A stretch of 53,682 nt of DNA, taken from the IMG/VR virus record IMGVR_UViG_3300037393_000027, positions 1 to 53,682 of that record. One strand, 5' to 3'. The translations under genes were made by a program, and so were the position numbers. The stretch comes from a virus (lineage: Duplodnaviria > Caudoviricetes). The notes under the pieces were generated by a model that was not told the origin of the DNA, did no database searches, and saw only the letters and a program-made list of their open reading frames with translations. Numbering within the stretch: the stretch's first letter is position 1; each line of letters starts with the position of its first letter. This document shows, one piece after another, positions 18,070-27,311 of this stretch.

Positions 18070-20266
18070 CCTGATCTCCCGTCATCTGATTCGGGTCCTG
18101 CATCATGGAGGGGTCCATCTGAGACGGGTCCATGCCCTGCGATCCGTCATCCTGACCGGGCTCGGCCTGGGTCATCTGCGTCGGGTCCTGGAACTGACAC
18201 ATGTCAGCGCCCTGCTGAGCTAGCGTGGCGAGCATCTGCTGCGCCTGGCCAAGCTGCTGCTGGAGGGTGCCGTTGGACTGCTGAAGCTGGTTGATGATCT
18301 GGTCCGGCGGCATCTCCGGCGGGATCTGCGGAACCATCTCCGCAATGCCGGGTAGATCGGCCGTGTCGGCCACCTTCTGGGCGATGGCGGTCAGGTACTG
18401 CGCGCAGGACTCCATCCAGCGTGGGATGGCGGCTGGATTCTGCTGTTGCAGGAGGCCCTGAACGATCGCGTCGACCGTCTGCACGTGCTGCTGCGCGAAG
18501 GTCCAGATCATCATGCTGGTCTTCTGCCGCGCGTCGTTGGTGTTATTGGCGCTCGGCGCCTCGACGCGGACTCGGAAGAGCTTGCTAATCTGGCCACGCG
18601 GGGGCTGGTAGAGCAGCTCCTGGAGGACGGCGGCATCCTCGGACGTCGCCCACTTGGTCAGGATTCCTTCCTGCCCGTACTGCTGGATCGTCTCCAGGAT
18701 GTGCAGGTACGCCTCGGACAGGTCCAGCCGCATGTTTGAGTCGACCATGCCCATCTTGATCCCGGCCTGGTCGATCAGGGCCTGCGTGCTGCCGGTACCG
18801 GCACCCGACTTCATGACCGGATCGCCACTGCCAGCCGCCACCGAACTGATTCCGGAGGCCGTACGGGCACGCTGGTAGTTGTCCGCGCGAGCTGACTCCA
18901 GCTCGGGGACCTCGCCGCCCAGCTTGATCGGTTTGAAGTCCTTCTCGACGTCGTCCACGGCGATCTGCATACCGGGTCGGGGGCTATCGCTCTGCGTGTT
19001 GTAGATCGATCCAGCCCTGCGCAGGATGGCGAAGTAGCCACCGGCATAAAGACTGTCCAACATCAGGTTGAACATGGCCGTATCGGCGGCCCACATCTGA
19101 AGGATCTCGTCGCCTACGCCGCTACCCCAGCCATGGTTGTCGGAAGTCTTGTACCGCAGCGGGAAGTAGGGGTGCTTGCGGCTGTGGTGAGCGTTCTTGC
19201 CGATCCAGAGGATGCTCTTCGTTTCACGGTGCAGGATGACCTGGAACTTGGTGGCCTTCGAGTCGCCCGGCAGGACCATGTCGCACCACAACTCGGTGAG
19301 GGTCTGCGGCTTGAGGAGCTTCTCGTCGTTGAGCTGGTCCGACCGGATGCCGCGACGCTCGCCCTCCTTGGCCACTTCCTTCGCCAGGGCGTCGGCGCTA
19401 CTGCCCGCCTCGATGCGCTTCGCCAACTCTTCTGGAACCTTGAGCCTGGCGATCTCCGCCTTCCACTCCGAAGGCAGCATGACCCTCTCGTGGCCGATGA
19501 AGGAGTACCCGCGCTGCCAGTTGGTGATGTAGGGTGGCCAGAGCTTGACGAGGCGGTTGTCGACGAGCTGCGCATCGACTCGTCCCCTCGATATCACGAC
19601 CTCTTGAGCCGGTCCGCCAGCTACCGGAAACTCCCAGACGGTCTCCTCTTCCTCGCACCAGGCGATGCGGAAGACCGCCGTACCGACCTTGCACGCCCGC
19701 TGGACGGCGGCAGGCAGGATGTGCCGGAAGTCCATCTCCTCGAACGTGTACGGATTGATGAAGCTCTCGGTCTTTGCGGCGAACTCCTTTGACTCCTCGG
19801 GACCGTAGTAGCTGCCGGCGATCGGGTCGACCCGGATGAGCGGTTTCGCGCCCTCGATGGCCCCGTAGATCCTGGCGAAAGTCTGATCGCACATCGTGAG
19901 GACCATCTCGCTGCACATCTGCGCCGCGCCGGGGAAGTTTCCCGATTGGGACACGTCCGGCTTCATCGCGTAGGCGTCGCGTATCTCTTCCTCAGTGGCC
20001 CACTTGTCCTTGTGGGCCATGTCGTACTCGTCGCAGGCCATGCAGAGGTCGTGCGCCAGAAGATTGCTCGCGTCCTCGTCGAGGCTGATGAGCAGTTCCG
20101 GGCTCTGACCGGCTACCAGTGCGCCGGGACGGGTACCCTCGTCGGGAAGCTGGCCGGCCTGATTCAGGTCACCAAGAAATCCGGAAACGTCACCGCCCTG
20201 ATCCTGAAAGGAATTCAGGGCGTTAAACGGGTCCGTAGGTGCCTGTTCCGGGCGGAGAGGTTCCAC
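18053..20266 (-). CDS. portal protein (P22-like)
   Basis: 737 aa; GTAVFRI.W, HPYF..RY....GWGSGVG and RTASGIS...G...TG motifs; Gln/Pro-rich C-terminal coil. Confidence 0.85.
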   Translation of the reverse strand: MEPLRPEQAPTDPFNALNSFQDQGGDVSGFLGDLNQAGQLPDEGTRPGALVAGQSPELLISLDEDASNLLAHDLCMACDEYDMAHKDKWATEEEIRDAYAMKPDVSQSGNFPGAAQMCSEMVLTMCDQTFARIYGAIEGAKPLIRVDPIAGSYYGPEESKEFAAKTESFINPYTFEEMDFRHILPAAVQRACKVGTAVFRIAWCEEEETVWEFPVAGGPAQEVVISRGRVDAQLVDNRLVKLWPPYITNWQRGYSFIGHERVMLPSEWKAEIARLKVPEELAKRIEAGSSADALAKEVAKEGERRGIRSDQLNDEKLLKPQTLTELWCDMVLPGDSKATKFQVILHRETKSILWIGKNAHHSRKHPYFPLRYKTSDNHGWGSGVGDEILQMWAADTAMFNLMLDSLYAGGYFAILRRAGSIYNTQSDSPRPGMQIAVDDVEKDFKPIKLGGEVPELESARADNYQRARTASGISSVAAGSGDPVMKSGAGTGSTQALIDQAGIKMGMVDSNMRLDLSEAYLHILETIQQYGQEGILTKWATSEDAAVLQELLYQPPRGQISKLFRVRVEAPSANNTNDARQKTSMMIWTFAQQHVQTVDAIVQGLLQQQNPAAIPRWMESCAQYLTAIAQKVADTADLPGIAEMVPQIPPEMPPDQIINQLQQSNGTLQQQLGQAQQMLATLAQQGADMCQFQDPTQMTQAEPGQDDGSQGMDPSQMDPSMMQDPNQMTGDQGVPPS

Positions 20267-20287
20267 GACCGGAGTATGGGAGGGCTA

Positions 20288-20317
20288 TTGCACCGCCTTC
20301 ATGAGAAATGGTACATT
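20288..20317 (+). promoter_or_regulatory. putative sigma70 promoter for the antisense HTH gene
   Basis: TTGCAC-18 nt-TACATT with TG just upstream of the -10. Confidence 0.35.
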
Positions 20318-20347
20318 CCCCATAACACTTCCCGGAAAGGGACTTGA

Positions 20348-20626
20348 TTGAGCGTCAGAACCCTAGGATTGACCATCAAAGCAGCCAGAATAGCCAAGAA
20401 GTCGAGGAATCCTGGTGCATGGAGCCGCAGGGGGGTTGTGGATAAGGCTTCGGCCGTCGCCGGAAAGCTCTACGGAGAGTCCGCTCCGGATATTGACGAA
20501 GACTGGTTGCGAATGAGGGAGATGGAATCGACCAGCGTTATGGACTCAGACGTGCCGAAGATCGTTGCCGTGGCGCGCGTCCTGGACTTGGACGTGAACG
20601 CCCTGTTCTTGATGATCCTCAGGTAG
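20348..20626 (+). CDS. XRE/Cro-like helix-turn-helix protein, antisense to the morphogenesis operon
   Basis: LGLTIKAARIAK...WSRRGV...WLRMRE...KIVAVARVLDLDVNALF follows the XRE pattern; fills the terminase-portal gap. Confidence 0.6.
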   Translation: MSVRTLGLTIKAARIAKKSRNPGAWSRRGVVDKASAVAGKLYGESAPDIDEDWLRMREMESTSVMDSDVPKIVAVARVLDLDVNALFLMILR

Positions 20627-22448
20627 AGGACCAGCCGGACGACTTGAACCCGGTACGACTAAGCGTCGAGCCGCCCTTCTGCTGCTTAAACGCCTCGTGG
20701 AAGGCTCTTCTCTCCGCCCACTCCCTCGCCAGGGGGTCCCCAGTCGGCGGCTTCCAGACACTAGTCCCCTGCGCCAGGGCATCCACCAAGTCGATCTCGT
20801 GCTCCTCATTGGCGGCCTCCTGGAGCTGCGAAACCAGCTCGCGCTGATCCTCTCGGATGTGAAGGCTACCCACGTTGAACCACGGGCTTAAGGACTCGCG
20901 AAAGATCGCCTCCTTCGACTCGATGCCCTTCTCCGCCTCCTGGAGCCGGGACGACAGGCGTGGCATGGCGATGGAGGGGCTCAGGAATCCAGCGCTCATT
21001 GGTCGGGACCAGTTCGGGTCGCCCATCTCCCGCGACTCGATGAACGCCTTGAACCACACCTGCGCACCGATGGCCTCGGACGTCACCACATGCGGCTGCC
21101 ACTTGCGGTACAGGCGGAAGACCTGGCTGGCCTGCTCTCCGATTTCCTCCGATCCAATCCAATAGTCGAGCACGAAAGCGTGCGAATCCGGCGCGACACC
21201 GACAACAACCGCCGCCGCCTTAGCTGGGCGCTGGTGGCGCATGGCAGACTTGCGCTGAGACTTGGACTTGTGCAGCGGGTCGAAATGCAGGAAGTATCGC
21301 AGCGCCTTCAGCTTCACGACCGCATTCGACGGCTCCGGAAGGACGTACCCCTCGTCCGTGACGCGATCCCGGTCGAACCGGAAGCCTCGGTACGAGATCG
21401 AGTCTCTGGAACCCTCGGTGAAACGGTAGAAGCCCTTGGTGATGGCCGCCATGTCGAAGATGGACAGGCCGCTGGTCGCCCGCTTCAAGAGATATTGAGT
21501 TTTCGCGATCGGCTCGGTCAGGAGCTGATCGATCTCTCGCTTCGGAAACCGCTCCGGCCAAGCGCTCTTCCCGTTCGCATCCACAATCGGGCGCCAGAAG
21601 ATCTTCAGGCTACAGTGCTCGTTGTCCTCGTCTCCGTTCCACGGGTGGCCGGTGGCGTCGAGTACCTCTTTCGAGGACTTCTCCCGTAGGCGCCAGACCA
21701 GAGAAAAGTCGTCCCCCTCGGTGGGCGTGGCCACAACCAGGATCTGGGAGTGGCCCAGGTGCCGCATGAGGGGGATTAGGGACTGATAGGCCGCGTAGGC
21801 ATCCTCGGACTGGACCCCCGACTTCGGATCGTCCGCGCCCTCAAGGTCGTCGGCCAGGACGATGTCTGGGTGCTTACCGCGCCTGCTGGTCGAGATCCCG
21901 CCGTAGGTGAAGGCAGGGTCGGCCTGGGTGTCAGTCTTGACCAGCTCCAGGCGCTCTTTGTTGGTTCCGACTAGGTTGGGCGGAATCCGATCCTTGTAGA
22001 TCCAGCGTATGTACTCCGACCTCTCGCTGTTGTCCAGGAGGTGGACGATCTTTTCGAAGTGGAGCTTCTTGGCGTTGTCGTCGCTGTTGCTGACCAAGTA
22101 GGCCGAGAGGTTGACGATCTCCAGGCACCGCCAGAGGGTGTACACGCGAGCGGAGACCGACTTCGAGCCGCCACGGAAGCAGCACATCATGGCCCTGAGC
22201 CAGGGGTGATGCGGGTCGCGCCCCTCCAGGAAGGAGCACTGATCTGCGTGGTACTTCGAGAGCTGGGATTCTCCGCGAGGGCCGGTAGGGATGAGGCCGC
22301 AGATGCCGACCTGAAAGTAGAGCAGTGACGCTCTCGCCTTGGCCCTCTCCCCTAGACGGTACTTCTCCGTCCACTCCCTGGTATCCGGAGGAAGAAGTTG
22401 CTGCGGAGGAGCCTCATCTGGAGCGCCCGGCAGAATTATGTTGCTCAT
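20619..22448 (-). CDS. terL: terminase large subunit
   Basis: Walker A-like FRGGSKS, RGKHPD-IVLADDLE Walker B, ATP coupling motif, WPERF, nuclease FDP ... DLVDALA. Confidence 0.9.
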   Translation of the reverse strand: MSNIILPGAPDEAPPQQLLPPDTREWTEKYRLGERAKARASLLYFQVGICGLIPTGPRGESQLSKYHADQCSFLEGRDPHHPWLRAMMCCFRGGSKSVSARVYTLWRCLEIVNLSAYLVSNSDDNAKKLHFEKIVHLLDNSERSEYIRWIYKDRIPPNLVGTNKERLELVKTDTQADPAFTYGGISTSRRGKHPDIVLADDLEGADDPKSGVQSEDAYAAYQSLIPLMRHLGHSQILVVATPTEGDDFSLVWRLREKSSKEVLDATGHPWNGDEDNEHCSLKIFWRPIVDANGKSAWPERFPKREIDQLLTEPIAKTQYLLKRATSGLSIFDMAAITKGFYRFTEGSRDSISYRGFRFDRDRVTDEGYVLPEPSNAVVKLKALRYFLHFDPLHKSKSQRKSAMRHQRPAKAAAVVVGVAPDSHAFVLDYWIGSEEIGEQASQVFRLYRKWQPHVVTSEAIGAQVWFKAFIESREMGDPNWSRPMSAGFLSPSIAMPRLSSRLQEAEKGIESKEAIFRESLSPWFNVGSLHIREDQRELVSQLQEAANEEHEIDLVDALAQGTSVWKPPTGDPLAREWAERRAFHEAFKQQKGGSTLSRTGFKSSGWSST

Positions 22449-23128
22449 TCCTCGTGCGTATCGCCGCTACCTATGTACCTAGGTACGTTGAGGACTGAGC
22501 CATCGATCTCGCCCCGCATGGCCGCCCTGGTGGCGACGGCAGTCACGGAGGCGGCCATCTCCATCATCTTCAGGACGTCCGCAGGGAAGTGCGGCATCCC
22601 GGAGTCGCCCTGGCCATCCTCCCGCCCTTTCTTCGCCGAGACGCGGTCCAGGAGCGAGTTCATAGCCTGAGTCCGGTCACGGGTACTGCCGTCGTACAGG
22701 GCCGTCTTAACCAGCTCCAGGGACAGGCGATCCTCGTTGTCAGCGGCCCACTCCTCCATCTTGCGCGGATTCGCCAGCCTCTCCACGACCTCAACCACCT
22801 TGCCCCGCATCATCTCGTGGTGCGGGTTCTCCCGCAGGCGGTCGATGGCGGCCTGCGTCATGGTGAGACGCCGGCAGATGTCCTCGTCCTCCAGGTGGAA
22901 CAGACACTCCAGGATGGCCAGGTTGCGCAGGCTGCGGTACACGCGCACCTCTAGGGGCGGCCGGATCAGCAGGAAGCCCTGGTACGGGACCATGTCCCTG
23001 ACCAGCCGGGCCAACTCCATCTCGGCCCGGTCGTCGCCTAGGATGGCGAGCATGTCGCCCTCGCCCTCCGGCCGGCCATTGATCCGGTCCGGGTGCTGCT
23101 TCTTCGGCGGACGGCCTCGACGAGCCAC
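22445..23128 (-). CDS. probable terminase small subunit
   Basis: 227 aa, HTH-like segment then helices with LLDR; ATGA overlap with terL. Confidence 0.5.
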   Translation of the reverse strand: MARRGRPPKKQHPDRINGRPEGEGDMLAILGDDRAEMELARLVRDMVPYQGFLLIRPPLEVRVYRSLRNLAILECLFHLEDEDICRRLTMTQAAIDRLRENPHHEMMRGKVVEVVERLANPRKMEEWAADNEDRLSLELVKTALYDGSTRDRTQAMNSLLDRVSAKKGREDGQGDSGMPHFPADVLKMMEMAASVTAVATRAAMRGEIDGSVLNVPRYIGSGDTHEE

Positions 23129-23937
23129 TAGAGAGCCCTCTCGAAGACCGTGTCGGTGTCGTGCAGGGGGACCCGCCGGAAGTCGCTAAGAACCTCGAAC
23201 TCCAGGCACTGAACGGCGGTGTGCAGGGCTCCCTTGCCGACGCCGCCGAGCTGGATGTTGTTCGCCCGGCCGCGTGCCACGACGTGCGCCCCACGCTCGA
23301 TCTTGTCGATCTTGTCCATCAACTTCTTGTCGATGGTCCAGAAGCGGCAGACCGCACTCTTCCTCCAGGTTGACTGGCCGGTGGCCGAGTCATGCCGCTG
23401 GTGGTGGCGCAGGTCGAACTCAAGCTTCGGCATGTTGTAGAGCTTCTTGTGCTTGACGCGGCACAGGGCGCCCTCGAACTGGACGCTGTTGATCGGGTCG
23501 ACCAGACGGATCGAGTAGGTGTTGCTCTCCCAGTCTCGCTCCCCGCGCAAGGGCGCCTGCTTGCCGGGGTAGTAGAACTTCGAGAAGCTCTTGTGCGTCT
23601 TCAGGCGCGCACGACGCTCCTCGCGAGTCTTGTACTCCGGCAGGAAGCGCACGGCCCGCCAGCGGTTCGGGATCTCCCACTCCTCGAAACGTTCCTCGGC
23701 CTCGACAGCGGCCTTCAGATCCTTCATGAGGCGCTCGCCGGCCAGGATGCCCGGCTTCGACAGGACGAGGGCGTAGAGCCAGCGACCGGCCTTAGTAGTG
23801 CCGTGCGGGACCACGCAGACCTGCTCGACGTCAGGGTTGCGCAGGATGATCTCTTCGAGCGCGTTGAACACCTTGCCGTAGACGTAGTGTCCGTTGACGC
23901 GCGCTCCGAGTCCGCCTTCTGGCTTAGGACTCGGCAT
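23128..23937 (-). CDS. fusion of an AMP-binding-enzyme C-terminal subdomain and an SSB/PriB-like OB fold
   Basis: N-half RVNGHYVY...LEEIILRNPDVEQVCVV...G..LYALV..KPG...EIPNRW..V..LP; C-half NSVQFEG.L...CRFW...IERGAHVVARGR...FEVL. Confidence 0.6.
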   Translation of the reverse strand: MPSPKPEGGLGARVNGHYVYGKVFNALEEIILRNPDVEQVCVVPHGTTKAGRWLYALVLSKPGILAGERLMKDLKAAVEAEERFEEWEIPNRWRAVRFLPEYKTREERRARLKTHKSFSKFYYPGKQAPLRGERDWESNTYSIRLVDPINSVQFEGALCRVKHKKLYNMPKLEFDLRHHQRHDSATGQSTWRKSAVCRFWTIDKKLMDKIDKIERGAHVVARGRANNIQLGGVGKGALHTAVQCLEFEVLSDFRRVPLHDTDTVFERAL

Positions 23938-24244
23938 CGATGGTCACTGAGGCAATGCCAGAGGCGATGCCCTTATGCCTGACGCCGGCAAGGAGCATCT
24001 CCGAGGCATGGACATCTGAGCCAGTGGCAACGTTGGCCGTGCCCCACTCCAGCTTGTGGCATTCCTTGCACCAGCGCCACTTCTTCTTGCTCCCTGCCTC
24101 CCTCGCTACCTCACTAAGCAGGTGATGGCCGTTTTGCTGGCAGTGCTGGTGCAGGCGAGCCCAGTGAATGAGACCGAACTGCGGCTTGTGGAACGGACTC
24201 TTCGGGAACATCTTGGCCATGAACCTCTTGACCGTCTTCATCAC
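23924..24244 (-). CDS. hypothetical protein
   Basis: 106 aa; C..GH and CKEC motifs. Confidence 0.45.
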   Translation of the reverse strand: MMKTVKRFMAKMFPKSPFHKPQFGLIHWARLHQHCQQNGHHLLSEVAREAGSKKKWRWCKECHKLEWGTANVATGSDVHASEMLLAGVRHKGIASGIASVTIDAES

Positions 24245-25008
24245 GCCTCCACATATTTCGGGACACCAAGCGGCCCGGCAGGGTCGCCCTCGTCGAAGCG
24301 CTCATCGATGTCGCCGTAGCCCTGAAGATCCTCGGCCACGCCAGTGTAGTCGCGGGTGATCTCGATCGGGACCTCGGTCGGGTCCCCCTTGATGTGCGCC
24401 ATGATCTGGTCCGGGTCGAGGCGGGACAGGAGGTGCTCGCCGCGCACGTCGAACTGGATCGTACGGCAGACGTCGGGAGAGAGAAGCACGTGCGAGCCGA
24501 CCGGGAAGTCCTCGGCCATCTTCTCGTCGAGAGGATCGGTGGCTACTACCTCCGCCTCCATGCAGCGGGTGGCGAGGTGTGAGGCGCTAGGCGGTAGGTG
24601 GATTCGCCCGTACAGAAGCGGCTTCTCGCTGCGGCGGACCAGCAGCTCTCCGCGAGGGGGCATGATGAACCTTTCCCAGTCCTCAGACGGCTCGCTCTCG
24701 TCATCCTTCTCGCCGACCTCGCCGATCAGGTATCCGTCCACGTCGCAGGAGTTGATGAAGATCACCGAGCTTCCGGCCGATACCTCCGTGCCGGCGTATG
24801 CCTTGAAGAGCACCCGCGTGCCAGGGTTGTAGGTTCCCTGCGGACCCTTCTTCAGGACCACGCCGCTCCGGATGCGCTGGCGATCCCCGGCGATCTCTGG
24901 ACGGATGAGCTGGTTCCCATTGCCGAGGTCCGAGATCACGTTGCCTCGCGCATCCTCCTTGACGATCAGGAGCGCCTTCGTTGGTTCTAGCTGATCTTCG
25001 AGTGCCAT
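24241..25008 (-). CDS. tandem double-domain GroES-like co-chaperonin
   Basis: Two Cpn10-like units: LEP...LIVK..LIRP..GVVL..GP..GTRVLFKAYAGTEV..DV.G and IMP..ELLVRR..GRIHLP..AEVVA..VGSHVLL..DQIMA. Confidence 0.7.
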   Translation of the reverse strand: MALEDQLEPTKALLIVKEDARGNVISDLGNGNQLIRPEIAGDRQRIRSGVVLKKGPQGTYNPGTRVLFKAYAGTEVSAGSSVIFINSCDVDGYLIGEVGEKDDESEPSEDWERFIMPPRGELLVRRSEKPLLYGRIHLPPSASHLATRCMEAEVVATDPLDEKMAEDFPVGSHVLLSPDVCRTIQFDVRGEHLLSRLDPDQIMAHIKGDPTEVPIEITRDYTGVAEDLQGYGDIDERFDEGDPAGPLGVPKYVEA

Positions 25009-25248
25009 CTACATGCCCTCCTGCCAGAGCTTGGCGCACTCCTCCGAGCAGAAGATGAAGATGTACCGAGTCGCAACCTCTGTTGTGCAATAGGCGCCAA
25101 CCTCTCCAAGCCTGCCCGCCGGAAGAACGCAGTCGTCCCCCGTCCACCTGGGGATCGCTATGGCCCTTTGGCACTTAGAGCGAGTGCATACACCATGGAG
25201 TGGGTGCACATTCTTAACGGACTCCGTATCTACTTCTTCCATACTCAC
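25009..25248 (-). CDS. small Cys-rich hypothetical protein
   Basis: C..C and FCSEEC motifs; AAGGAG RBS. Confidence 0.45.
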   Translation of the reverse strand: MSMEEVDTESVKNVHPLHGVCTRSKCQRAIAIPRWTGDDCVLPAGRLGEVGAYCTTEVATRYIFIFCSEECAKLWQEGM

Positions 25249-25252
25249 TCCT

Positions 25253-25789
25253 TCAGTGAACCTGTTCCTTTACCATCCCGGCCACCCGCATGCCCTCGTC
25301 ACGGAGCTTCGTCAGCTCCTTCTCCACGCGGCCATCGGGGTCGGCCTCCTTGGCCCAGTCCGCCAGCTTCTGCTTGTCCTCGTTCACCTTGGCCAACATG
25401 CCGTGAAGCGGGTCGAGGTTGAGTGACTTGACCTCACGCCTGGCCATGCCGATGGCCGTCCACAGAGCCAGGGCTACGTCCGGCAGGCCGCCATTCAGGA
25501 TGGCCACGTACGAGATGTTCTCCGGCTGCACGAGGCGCTCGCCGACGATACTCCCGCCGTCGCCTACCTCCATGCCGACAAAGCGGTAGTCGTGAGCCAT
25601 GGCAAGAAAACGGATCGCGCGCTTGAACAGCTCGCCGTAGTTCGTGGACTTGCCTTCGAAGCCTGGAGTGGCGTATCTCTCCAGCGGGTAGGCCCCCGCG
25701 AACTCGTCGCTAGCCTCCAAGAAGGCGATCGAGAAGCAGAGCTTCCACTCCGCCTGGGTCAGGTACTGGAAGAGGGATGGGGCGCTCAT
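25253..25789 (-). CDS. hypothetical protein
   Basis: 178 aa ORF with high-GC codon pattern. Confidence 0.55.
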   Translation of the reverse strand: MSAPSLFQYLTQAEWKLCFSIAFLEASDEFAGAYPLERYATPGFEGKSTNYGELFKRAIRFLAMAHDYRFVGMEVGDGGSIVGERLVQPENISYVAILNGGLPDVALALWTAIGMARREVKSLNLDPLHGMLAKVNEDKQKLADWAKEADPDGRVEKELTKLRDEGMRVAGMVKEQVH

Positions 25790-25859
25790 GATCGGTCATG
25801 CGGACGGTAGGTGACGCACCACGTAGCGAAAACGCCGACCGCGAAGCACAGAAAACCAC

Positions 25860-26249
25860 TCACGCCATCACCTGCCCATCCACCCGCACCCCGGTGATGT
25901 AGTACCCCTTCCAGCGGTTCCTGAAGGTCGCATCGGTCAGCATGAGCCGCACCCTCTCCTGAACCTCTTCGTAGTTCCCGCAGACCGGAAAGCGGGTCGG
26001 GCTGAGAGGAACGATCAGTCGCTGTAGCGGTTTCCAGTCGCCGGCCCTGTGGGCAATCACGCACCAGGCTTCCTTCTCGTCTCCACGAGCCTTGTAGATG
26101 AGCGGCGACTCGTCCTCTAGGTCTTCGCCCAGGGCTCCGCTGCGGATGTCGGCGGCGATCTGCATCGGACACCAGGGATGATGGGTGCCAAACGGTACGG
26201 ACAGCCCGCATCCGCAACCGCGCTGCTCGATGGCCTCGGGGAGGGTCAT
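25860..26249 (-). CDS. hypothetical protein
   Basis: Likely start MTLPEAIEQ (ATGA overlap); C.C...H...CP motif. Confidence 0.4.
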   Translation of the reverse strand: MTLPEAIEQRGCGCGLSVPFGTHHPWCPMQIAADIRSGALGEDLEDESPLIYKARGDEKEAWCVIAHRAGDWKPLQRLIVPLSPTRFPVCGNYEEVQERVRLMLTDATFRNRWKGYYITGVRVDGQVMA

Positions 26250-26603
26250 TCGGGATTTTGCCAGCCCGCCATGGGAATGCTCGCAGCTTCGAGCTTCGCA
26301 GACTTCACTCCGTCCCGATAGCCTCGATCGTACTCTGTCTCGGTCTTTCTCGTTTCGGAGAGAACCTGCATTCCGCTCAAGAAGGCGCCACCCTGCCCGG
26401 TCCCCTGCCTGCCTGCCTGTGCGTTGCCCGTTCGACTGCTCCACGGATGCGCAGGAGGCCCCATCTGGATCACGTTGCGAGGCGTAGTCGCTCCGCACTT
26501 CACGCACCGAGGCGGAGGAGGCGAAACCACCGCATGCCACGGACCATCATGCGCAACGACGTCCCCGCCACAGTTCGAGCAGCTGCCGATTACCTTGTCC
26601 ATG
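26246..26603 (-). CDS. Zn-ribbon hypothetical protein
   Basis: MDKVIGSCSNCGG...CVKCG; GGGAGG RBS. Confidence 0.5.
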
Positions 26604-27053
26604 TCAACCCTCCCTGAGGTCGGCTCCGTGAGCAAGAAAGGAGGAAGATGGCTGTTGGCCCGGCACGCCCGGACTTCTATCGTTCCCGGAGCCGACCAGT
26701 TCTGAACAGGCTTGCGGCGATGAGTCAGCACCGATGGGGGAGGCACCGGGGGAGGGTTGACTCTGCGCTTCCTGTTCAGACTGCTTGGCTTCGAATCGAT
26801 TCTCTAGGTCTACCATTCGCTGCCTGAGGCGTACTCTCGCGCTACGGCAGCCGGCTACGAACGCTTTCTTGGCCCCTTGCCCGGCGAAGGAGAGATCGCC
26901 GCCAACCTGCCAGAACGACTCGATGTCCGACTCGTCGCAGCGAGGGCACACCTTGTCGAAGGCGTCGAGCGGGTCCTGGTTGTCCAACTCCTCGTCGAAG
27001 TAGGACTCGCCGCAGAGGGTGCAGGTTCTAGCCATTCTCAGCCTCGCCCTCAC
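26604..27053 (-). CDS. Zn-ribbon hypothetical protein
   Basis: CTLCG...CPRC; true start probably MARTC near 27035. Confidence 0.4.
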   Translation of the reverse strand: MRARLRMARTCTLCGESYFDEELDNQDPLDAFDKVCPRCDESDIESFWQVGGDLSFAGQGAKKAFVAGCRSARVRLRQRMVDLENRFEAKQSEQEAQSQPSPGASPIGADSSPQACSELVGSGNDRSPGVPGQQPSSSFLAHGADLREG

Positions 27054-27303
27054 CCGACTTCCTGATGGTCAGCGGGCCAACTACGTTAAGCAAGACGCCA
27101 ATTGGGAATTCGAGACGAAAGGTGGTCGGATAGCCCCACCAAGTTCTCGTCCTGTACGGCTCTGCGTCGACTCCGCGCTGGAGCTTCTCACTCTCGGCGT
27201 CGAGCATCTCGATGACCTTGGCCCGGAATTCCGGCCAGGGGAGGGGTTCGCCCATGGAGACCGGAGCTGATGCGGCTTCTTCGTTGATCCCCATGGGCTC
27301 CAC
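27028..27303 (-). CDS. hypothetical protein
   Basis: 91 aa ORF in the operon. Confidence 0.4.
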   Translation of the reverse strand: MEPMGINEEAASAPVSMGEPLPWPEFRAKVIEMLDAESEKLQRGVDAEPYRTRTWWGYPTTFRLEFPIGVLLNVVGPLTIRKSGEGEAENG

Positions 27304-27311
27304 CTAATTCC

